A stretch of 64,000 bases of DNA from a virus. The position numbers and the translations under genes are program-made. The notes below the pieces were generated by a model, which was given only the letters and a program-made list of their open reading frames with translations, searched no databases and was not told the DNA's origin. Positions 57,267-64,000 of this stretch are shown one piece after another. The stretch lies in IMG/VR virus record IMGVR_UViG_3300022752_002570, positions 1 through 64,000 of that record, one strand, 5' to 3'. Position 1 is the first letter of the stretch. Each line of letters begins with the position of its first letter.

Positions 57267-57296
57267 ATTATATATTATTATTAGTTTCATTGTCAA
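57267..57296 (-). promoter_or_regulatory. sigma70-like promoter for the methyltransferase
   Basis: Minus strand TTGACA(57296-91)-18 nt-TATAAT(57272-67), with AAGGA SD. Confidence 0.6.
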
Positions 57297-57424
57297 GCAT
57301 TAAATAATCTAGTATTAACATTTCTTTAATCTATTTTCGTACTCAAATAGATTAAATTCACACACATTAGGTCATAAAACAGACCGTTTTTGGCCTATTT
57401 CGTACGCCTTTGAAAAAACCCAAT

Positions 57425-57430
57425 TAAATA
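57425..57430 (+). promoter_or_regulatory. late promoter box TAAATA for the head operon
   Basis: Upstream of the AAGGAG SD of ORF 57475. Confidence 0.55.
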
Positions 57431-57474
57431 ACACACATTGCCTTGCCGCGAACAGATTAAGGAGATAACCCGAC

Positions 57475-58443
57475 ATGACAAAGTTTGAACAATTATTAGA
57501 CTATATTGTCAATGAGGAGCATGATAAAGCTAACGAACTTTTTCATGAAATCGTTGTAGAAAAGTCTAGAGAAATTTATGAGAATTTAGTTGCTGAAGAA
57601 GAAACAGAAGAAGACGTTGAAGAAGCCATGCACGACGATGATGTTGAAGAGTCAATGGACGATGATGATGTTGAAGAAGCCATGGATGATGAAGCAGATG
57701 AATCTGTTGACTTAGAAGATTCATATATGATGGATGGTGATGATGAAATGCCAGAACCAGGTGGTTTAGAAAAAACTGACGACCTAGAAGGCGATATTGA
57801 GTTTGGTGGTGAAGAAGAAGAAGCGGAAGACAAAATCAAAGACGCTATCGCCCAACTAGAAGCCGCACTTGCTGCCATTGGAGGTGGTGACATGGGCGAC
57901 GAAATGGACGACCTAGGCGACGAAATGCCTGATGATGAAATGCCTAAAGAAGATGATATGATGGGCGTTCCTGCATTTGAAGGTCGTCGTATGACCCGTG
58001 AGTATCGTGAAAAAGTTGGTAACGATTGGGATAAAAATTCTATGAAAACACAGGGCCAGTACGTAGGTAGTGGTTCAGGTGACAAAGATGGAGCCCCAGT
58101 AGAAGGTCGTAGTCCAATTGCTAGCGGTTCAAACAAACCAGGTCCAGCAGGTGTTAATGCTAAAAATCTAAATCAAAGTCATCATGAGGGCCAAAACAAT
58201 ACAGGCACAAGCCCAGGTAAAGTTAATCATGGTATCACAGGCACCAAAGGTGACAAGATGGGATCAGGTATGAACAATGTTGATGGTAAGCAAACTGGTG
58301 TAAAGACATTGAGCAAGCAACCAGGTCATGGTCCTGAGAAGAAAGGTGGCGCTCCTGGCCCAGTAGGTAGTGGTTCAGGTGACAAAGCTGGTCAGACCAG
58401 TATTGGTAATCAACAATCTTTACTAAAGAGTTACGGTAAGTAA
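57475..58443 (+). CDS. acidic prohead core/scaffold-like protein
   Basis: D/E-rich DDDVEE repeats and Gly-rich C-terminus. Positioned between portal and protease like T4 gp67/68. Confidence 0.65.
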   Translation: MTKFEQLLDYIVNEEHDKANELFHEIVVEKSREIYENLVAEEETEEDVEEAMHDDDVEESMDDDDVEEAMDDEADESVDLEDSYMMDGDDEMPEPGGLEKTDDLEGDIEFGGEEEEAEDKIKDAIAQLEAALAAIGGGDMGDEMDDLGDEMPDDEMPKEDDMMGVPAFEGRRMTREYREKVGNDWDKNSMKTQGQYVGSGSGDKDGAPVEGRSPIASGSNKPGPAGVNAKNLNQSHHEGQNNTGTSPGKVNHGITGTKGDKMGSGMNNVDGKQTGVKTLSKQPGHGPEKKGGAPGPVGSGSGDKAGQTSIGNQQSLLKSYGK

Positions 58444-58455
58444 TCTGAGAAGTGG

Positions 58456-59085
58456 ATGAAATTAACCTATTTAAAAGAAACTCTATCATTTGATCAGGCT
58501 CAAGCAGTGCTTGAGTCTGATGATAAAGATGGACGTAATCTACACCTAAAAGGTATTGCTATTCAAGGCGGGATTAGAAACGCTAATCAGCGTGTCTATC
58601 CTGTTGATGAAATAGAACGTGCTGTAAAAACCCTTAATGATCAAATTCAAAACGGTTATTCAGTTCTTGGAGAAGTTGATCATCCAGATGATTTAAAAGT
58701 AAATTTGGACCGTGTCAGTCACATGATCACTAACATGTGGATGGAAGGTCCTAATGGTTATGGTAAGTTTAAAATCCTACCTACCCCAATGGGCAACCTT
58801 ATTCGCACAATGCTTGAAAGCGGTGTAAAACTTGGTGTCAGTTCAAGAGGCAGCGGCAACGTTGACGATATGAGTGGCAAAGTATCTGATTTTGAGATTA
58901 TAACTGTGGATATAGTTGCACAACCTAGCGCACCTGGTGCCTATCCTACTCCGGTTTATGAGCATTTGATGAACGTAAGAGGTGGAAACCGTGCTTTTAA
59001 GGTCGCACAAGAAGTAAGAGAAGATCCAAAGGCCCAGAAATATTTGAAGGAATCGCTCCTTCAGATCATCAAAGGTCTAAAATAA
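58456..59085 (+). CDS. prohead protease, T4 gp21-like
   Basis: NANQRVYP, LGEVDHP, VSHMI, LPTPMG, GVSSRGSG, DIVAQPSAPGAY. Confidence 0.95.
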   Translation: MKLTYLKETLSFDQAQAVLESDDKDGRNLHLKGIAIQGGIRNANQRVYPVDEIERAVKTLNDQIQNGYSVLGEVDHPDDLKVNLDRVSHMITNMWMEGPNGYGKFKILPTPMGNLIRTMLESGVKLGVSSRGSGNVDDMSGKVSDFEIITVDIVAQPSAPGAYPTPVYEHLMNVRGGNRAFKVAQEVREDPKAQKYLKESLLQIIKGLK

Positions 59086-59103
59086 GCCCGAGGAGAAAAA
59101 CTA

Positions 59104-60189
59104 ATGTTGGACGCATTCAAAAAATTAGTAGAGAGTGGTGTAATTTCAGAAGATGTTGGATCTGAATTAGAAACCGCCTTGGCTACTAAAATTCAAGAGA
59201 ATCGCGACCAAGTTACCGCTGAACTTCGTGAAGAATTTGCACAGAAGTACAATCATGACAAGTCAGTTATGGTTGAAGCAATTGACAAGATGTTAAGCGA
59301 GAGATTGGCCGCAGAAATGGCCGAACTGCATGAAGATAAAAAGGCACTAGCAGAAGCAAAAGCACGATACGCACAACGTATTAGTGAAGATGCTCAAAAA
59401 CTAGAAGGCTTTGTTATTCAACAGTTAGGCAAAGAGTTAGTAGAATTTCAAAGTGATCGCAAGAAAGTTAGCGAAAACTTTGCTAAATTAGAGCAATTTG
59501 TTGTACATGCTCTTGCTAAAGAAATTCAAGAGTTTGCTACAGACAAGCGCGACTTGGCAGAAACAAAAGTGAAGTTAGTTCGTGAGGCTAAGGCAAAATT
59601 TGAAGAAATAAAAGGTACCTTTATAAAGCGTTCTGCTAAGGCCGTTGAAGAGACAGTCAGTAAAAAACTTACAACTGAGATTCGTCAGTTAAAAGAAGAC
59701 ATTGACGGTGCTCGTAACAATGACTTTGGTCGTCGTCTGTATGAAGCCTTTGCACAAGAATATGCTAGTTCATTCCTAAATGAAAAATCTGAAACAGCAA
59801 AATTGTTAAAGATTATTCAAAAGAAAGATCAAGAATTAGCAGAAGCAAAAAATGCTGTTACTGAAAAAGAAAGTTTAGTTGAATCTGCACAGCGCGAAAT
59901 TCGTGTTACTAAAGATTTAATGGAACGCAAACAGGTAATGGCAGAACTGTTATCACCATTAAGTGGAGATAAGAGAGTAGTGATGCAGGAATTGTTAGAA
60001 AGTGTGCAAACACAGAAACTACGTACTGCATTTGACAAATACCTACCCGCAGTAATGGAAGGCGAAAAGAAAAAAGTAGAAAAAACTACTTTAACTGAAG
60101 GAACTGCTGTAACAGGCAATCGTGAAACCAAGCCCGAGGTAGGCTTAGACAACATCTTAGATATCCGCAAACTTGCGGGTCTAAAATAA
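59104..60189 (+). CDS. prohead core scaffold, T4 gp22-like
   Basis: Long coiled coil between the protease and the major capsid protein. Confidence 0.8.
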   Translation: MLDAFKKLVESGVISEDVGSELETALATKIQENRDQVTAELREEFAQKYNHDKSVMVEAIDKMLSERLAAEMAELHEDKKALAEAKARYAQRISEDAQKLEGFVIQQLGKELVEFQSDRKKVSENFAKLEQFVVHALAKEIQEFATDKRDLAETKVKLVREAKAKFEEIKGTFIKRSAKAVEETVSKKLTTEIRQLKEDIDGARNNDFGRRLYEAFAQEYASSFLNEKSETAKLLKIIQKKDQELAEAKNAVTEKESLVESAQREIRVTKDLMERKQVMAELLSPLSGDKRVVMQELLESVQTQKLRTAFDKYLPAVMEGEKKKVEKTTLTEGTAVTGNRETKPEVGLDNILDIRKLAGLK

Positions 60190-60208
60190 TTCAAGGAGAC
60201 AATAGGAA

Positions 60209-61390
60209 ATGTCACAACTTTTAAATGAAAGATGGTCAGAGACCAAAGAAGCTCTGCTTGAAGGCCTACAAGGTAACCGTCGTGCTTCTATGGGCGTATG
60301 CTTAGAAAATACACGTCGTTATTTGGCAGAAGCCGCAACAGCAGGTGCAACAAGCACTGGAAATATTGCAACATTAAACCGTGTAATTCTTCCAGTTATT
60401 CGTCGTGTTATGCCAACAGTTATCGCTAACGAAATCATCGGCGTTCAGCCAATGACAGGACCTGTAGCACAGATCCACACTCTACGTGTTCGTTATGCTG
60501 ATGGTGTTGCATCTGGCGACACAGTAACAGCAGGCGAAGAGGCATTAAGCCCCTTCAAGATTGCTCAAGCCTATTCTGGTAGTACACTTTCAGGTGGCGG
60601 CGCTGCTACAACAGCCGCTCTAGAAGGTACACCAGGAAAGCGTATGAGCATTCAGATCTTAAAGACACCAGTTGAAGCTAAGAGCCGTAAGTTATCAGCT
60701 CGCTGGACCTTTGAGGCTGCACAAGATGCACAGGCACAACAGGGTATCGACATCGAAGCAGAAATCATGGCTGCTCTAGCACAAGAAATTACTGCTGAAA
60801 TCGATCAAGAGATTCTAAGTTCACTACGTTCATTAGCCAGTGTTGAAGAAACATATGACCAGGCTCTAGTTTCTGGTACAGCAACATTCGTTGGTGATGA
60901 GCACGCTGCTCTTGCTATTCAGATCAACCGTGTAAGCAACTTAATTGCTCAGCGTACACGTCGTGGTTCTGCTAACTGGGCAGTTGTTAGTAACCAGGCT
61001 CTAACAATTCTACAAAGCGCAACAACTTCTGCTTTTGCTCGCACAACAGAAGGCACATTTGAAGCACCTACAAATACTAAATTTGTTGGTACATTGAACG
61101 GTGCAATGCGTGTTTATGTAGATGCATACCTAAGCGACACAACAGACAATAACCAGGTTCTAGTTGGTTATAAGGGAACAAGCGAAGCTGATGCTGCTGC
61201 TTTCTATTGCCCATATATTCCTCTAATGAGTTCTGGTGTTGTTCTAGATCCAGCAACATTTGAGCCAGTAGTTGGCTTTATGACACGTTACGGATATGTT
61301 GAGTTAACCAACACAGCATCATCTCTAGGTAACGCTGCTGACTATCTAGGTAAGGTTGCAATTACTTCTGCTAATGTAAGTTTCAAATAA
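60209..61390 (+). CDS. major capsid protein, T4 gp23-like
   Basis: IIGVQPMTGP, VEAKSRKLSARWTFEAAQD, EITAEIDQE, FYCPYIPL, FEPVVGFMTRYG. Confidence 0.97.
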   Translation: MSQLLNERWSETKEALLEGLQGNRRASMGVCLENTRRYLAEAATAGATSTGNIATLNRVILPVIRRVMPTVIANEIIGVQPMTGPVAQIHTLRVRYADGVASGDTVTAGEEALSPFKIAQAYSGSTLSGGGAATTAALEGTPGKRMSIQILKTPVEAKSRKLSARWTFEAAQDAQAQQGIDIEAEIMAALAQEITAEIDQEILSSLRSLASVEETYDQALVSGTATFVGDEHAALAIQINRVSNLIAQRTRRGSANWAVVSNQALTILQSATTSAFARTTEGTFEAPTNTKFVGTLNGAMRVYVDAYLSDTTDNNQVLVGYKGTSEADAAAFYCPYIPLMSSGVVLDPATFEPVVGFMTRYGYVELTNTASSLGNAADYLGKVAITSANVSFK

Positions 61391-61412
61391 TAACTTATAT
61401 ACAGACGACATT

Positions 61413-61441
61413 AAGCCCGCAGTTGCGGGCTTTTTGTTTTT
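61413..61441 (+). terminator. rho-independent terminator after the capsid gene
   Basis: AAGCCCGC-AGTT-GCGGGCTT followed by TTTGTTTTT. Confidence 0.85.
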
Positions 61442-61519
61442 AATAAAATAAATAATGAGTCTAGACAAATTATGCGGGACCCACCGCGTAGACCTAGAAC
61501 GTCAATCAGGAGAAAACAA

Positions 61520-62188
61520 ATGGGACGTCCGATTAAATCAAAATATTTTGGTATTCGTAAAGGTGTAGGCACAGGTGGTGAAGGTGTAACAGCAGTCACT
61601 ATCGGTGGAACAGCGCCTGTATCTACATTAACTGTAACAGTTGTTCTTGGGGCACCTAACATTGCAGGTGGTACACAGGCAACTGCTACAGCAGTTAAAA
61701 CAGGTAACACGGTTACAAGTGTGACTATCACCAACCAAGGTTCTGGTTATACATCTGCACCAACAGTGGTGTTTACCGGTACAAACATGACCACACAAGG
61801 TACAGGTCATACTGCCACAATTAGCGTGAATACAGTAAGCAATGTAATTCTAGTTGAAGCATATGTTCCTGCGGCAAACGGTGGTTCAAGTGGTGTTACA
61901 GGAGATATACTTGAGCAAGTAGCCAGTAAAAAATATCGTGTGCAAACCGCACAAGGTACAGGAACATGCTTATTAACAACTGCTACAGGTGCATTAACAG
62001 CAGGCAAGGTTAGAATAGTAGCAGAAGATACAAATGGTAGCACATATTTTATTAAGAAACTTACAGCACGTAGAGCAGTCTTAAGTCGTTCAACTGTGAG
62101 TACTGCATTTATATTTGACAACAGTGGATCAGTAGGTTGGAATTTAAGTGCAGCATCAGCAACTTCTGTTAAAATACGCAGTCATTAA
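61520..62188 (+). CDS. Thr/Gly-rich virion structural protein (decoration/fibre-like)
   Basis: True start is probably ATG 61520 (AGGAG SD; MGRPIK). Contains the ITNQGSGYTSAPTV repeat motif. TAAATA at 61449-54. Confidence 0.7.
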   Translation: MGRPIKSKYFGIRKGVGTGGEGVTAVTIGGTAPVSTLTVTVVLGAPNIAGGTQATATAVKTGNTVTSVTITNQGSGYTSAPTVVFTGTNMTTQGTGHTATISVNTVSNVILVEAYVPAANGGSSGVTGDILEQVASKKYRVQTAQGTGTCLLTTATGALTAGKVRIVAEDTNGSTYFIKKLTARRAVLSRSTVSTAFIFDNSGSVGWNLSAASATSVKIRSH

Positions 62189-62207
62189 GATTTAAAATAT
62201 CGATGTA

Positions 62208-62236
62208 AAAAATGGGGGACTAGTTCCCCCATTTTT
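62208..62236. terminator. rho-independent terminator, potentially bidirectional
   Basis: AAAAATGGGGGA-CTAGT-TCCCCCATTTTT. Confidence 0.8.
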
Positions 62237-62255
62237 ATATTGGTAAATATCAATT

Positions 62256-62780
62256 ATGAGTTCACCTTGGGCACTTCCTAGACAAATCACGCAATATTCT
62301 GAAGCAGATGCAGGAAACATCCATGTTTCTTGGATAGAAAACGAAAACTTTTATAGTTTAAAATTTCGAGATGGTAAGCATGTAAGAACACAAAGAGATC
62401 TCATTCACATAGCAAGAGACCCTAAACACGACATTCTTGAAAAGACATACTATCTTAAATTAACAGATTTTAATTTTTCAGACTTGCCTCAAGGTCTTTC
62501 CGGTATTGAAGCCAAACTAATTATGAATAGAGGGGGCAGAATAACAGACGATACGATTCAACTTTGTTTAAATGCCGATCTTCTAGGAGAAAATCAATCA
62601 ACAACTGATTTGAATCCAATAAAATCTTATGGTGGTGAATCAAATTTATGGGGAACAAGTTTAACTATTAACGATATTAAAAGTTCATCGTTTGGAATAG
62701 TTTTAAGATTTAAAAGTCATCCTAAATTTCCTCACAGGACAAGCCCTTTGATTGATACCGTTGAGCTAAGGATTTATTAA
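62256..62780 (+). CDS. hypothetical structural protein
   Basis: 174 aa. TAAATA (62244-49) lies 6 nt upstream. YGGESNLWG motif. Confidence 0.65.
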   Translation: MSSPWALPRQITQYSEADAGNIHVSWIENENFYSLKFRDGKHVRTQRDLIHIARDPKHDILEKTYYLKLTDFNFSDLPQGLSGIEAKLIMNRGGRITDDTIQLCLNADLLGENQSTTDLNPIKSYGGESNLWGTSLTINDIKSSSFGIVLRFKSHPKFPHRTSPLIDTVELRIY

Positions 62781-62808
62781 AAAAATAAATACATTCGAGG
62801 AACGTTGA

Positions 62809-64000
62809 ATGGCCAAGACATATTTTTCAAATACACCACCATCATATACTGGTACACCCATATCCGCTACACTATCAAATGGAAGCACGGTTCTAGACCT
62901 ACCCGGTGATTACGACATTAATGTCAGCAAAGGTTATACAAAAATAACCACAGATAATCTTTATCACGAAGTACAGAATAATTTTGAAGGTAATATAGGC
63001 GGTGATTATTTATTAGATGTTGGCGATAATTATACTGCTAATATTGTAGGTGACTACACAACAGAAATTACCGGTGAAACACTTATTGAAGGTGTTGGCA
63101 ATGTAAAAATTTGGACCCCAAGAATAGAACTCGGAACCGTGGACGGGTCTCAAGATATTGCTGTGTACTCTAAGGTTATCACCGACATACTTCCTAAGGT
63201 AGACGATGATGTTGCATTAGGAAGTGAAGCTCTTAGTTGGTCATATCTATGGACGCAAGAATTAGATGTTAAAGATGAAACAAATGTAGGAAATCCTTTT
63301 GGCTATGCCTACGACCCCAACAATAGATTTGGCATGGAGTGGGGGCAGACAGAACAAGAGTCAATCGATTCGAGAAAAGAAGCTTCTGCGTATTTTGCGG
63401 GCGGGGTCGGTATTGAAAAAGATTTAAACGTAGGTGGATTTATCTACGGTCGAGTATTAATTTCAGTAACTACTACAAACATTGTTATAACTGCAACCAA
63501 TAATAATCTTGAATACTACCCAATTTTTGCATTGAATACAGGAAATCAATTTTTGTATGTAGATAACCAAGGAATTATTAACGGATTTAGATATAATCCA
63601 TTTTTAGGACGTTTAAGAACTGACAGAATTATAGTTGTAGAAACTGACGTTGCAGATGCATCTCAAGGAGCACTTAGAGTTGAAGGAGGTGCTAGCATTG
63701 GGGATAACTTGTGGGTAGCAAACGTTAATGCTGCTACCTCAGCCGATGGTTCAATTAGAACAGATGGCGGACTCAGTGTAGAAAAAAATCTCTGGGTAAA
63801 TGATGATGCTTATGTAGAAAACGCAGTAGAAGCAGATGAAGTCGTTCCTCATGCTAACGATGATGGTAATATAGGCACAACCAGTACATTCTGGCACGAA
63901 GCATACATCAATAATATCTATACAAAACTTATTCAAAGCACCACAGGCACTATACAGATTAAACCTAAAGATCCTGTAACTGAAATAATTGGTGATATTA
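62809..64000 (+). CDS. tail fibre/spike-like protein, 3'-truncated by window edge (not in ORF track)
   Basis: ATG 62809 after TAAATA (62786-91) and GAGG. MAKTYFSNTPP... appears open to the window end. Contains beta-helix-like repeats and GGVGIEKDLNVGG / GALRVEGG fibre motifs. Confidence 0.7.
   Translation, partial: MAKTYFSNTPPSYTGTPISATLSNGSTVLDLPGDYDINVSKGYTKITTDNLYHEVQNNFEGNIGGDYLLDVGDNYTANIVGDYTTEITGETLIEGVGNVKIWTPRIELGTVDGSQDIAVYSKVITDILPKVDDDVALGSEALSWSYLWTQELDVKDETNVGNPFGYAYDPNNRFGMEWGQTEQESIDSRKEASAYFAGGVGIEKDLNVGGFIYGRVLISVTTTNIVITATNNNLEYYPIFALNTGNQFLYVDNQGIINGFRYNPFLGRLRTDRIIVVETDVADASQGALRVEGGASIGDNLWVANVNAATSADGSIRTDGGLSVEKNLWVNDDAYVENAVEADEVVPHANDDGNIGTTSTFWHEAYINNIYTKLIQSTTGTIQIKPKDPVTEIIGDI

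Noticed and set aside
61472-61519. N-terminal extension MRDPPRRPRTSIRRKQ of ORF 61472
   Set aside because: The AGGAG SD sits before ATG 61520, and the upstream segment looks like a structured leader.
1-64000. CRISPR array, tRNA or rRNA genes
   Set aside because: I saw no regularly spaced repeats with unique spacers, no cloverleaf with T-loop and no rRNA-like segment. This was by eye only.
1-64000. Stop-codon reassignment
   Set aside because: Genes are long and contiguous under the standard code, and TAA, TGA and TAG all serve as terminal stops.

Overview
A 64-kb segment of a large AT-rich T4-like (myovirus-type) bacteriophage genome, read with the standard genetic code. From left to right it holds: (i) a nucleotide-metabolism and modification cluster (GT-B glycosyltransferase, GMP reductase, radical SAM protein, QueE, RNase H-like nuclease, MoxR AAA+/vWA-metallopeptidase pair, an unannotated DfrB/R67-like DHFR, ThyA); (ii) a 33-kb minus-strand baseplate/tail-fibre module with an S8 protease, a collagen-like protein, a 4652-aa wedge/fibre protein and gp6/gp25/gp5/gp53/gp48-like genes; (iii) gp55-like late sigma factor, gp47, gp46 and a GIY-YIG nuclease followed by a ~430-nt ORF-free, highly structured region; (iv) putative internal proteins, a gp26-like chaperone with a -1 frameshift signal, and a tape-measure-like gene; (v) portal, scaffolds, prohead protease, major capsid protein and further structural genes. 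The most notable signals are the GIY-YIG-linked candidate structured ncRNA with twin GTGAC-N10-AGATGAT units, the 57-aa DfrB-like ORF coupled to thyA, the T-TTT-TTC frameshift, the QueE/GuaC/glycosyltransferase cluster, and TAAATA late promoters placed to give leaderless or hairpin-gated mRNAs. All family assignments come from motif recognition by eye; no database search was run.
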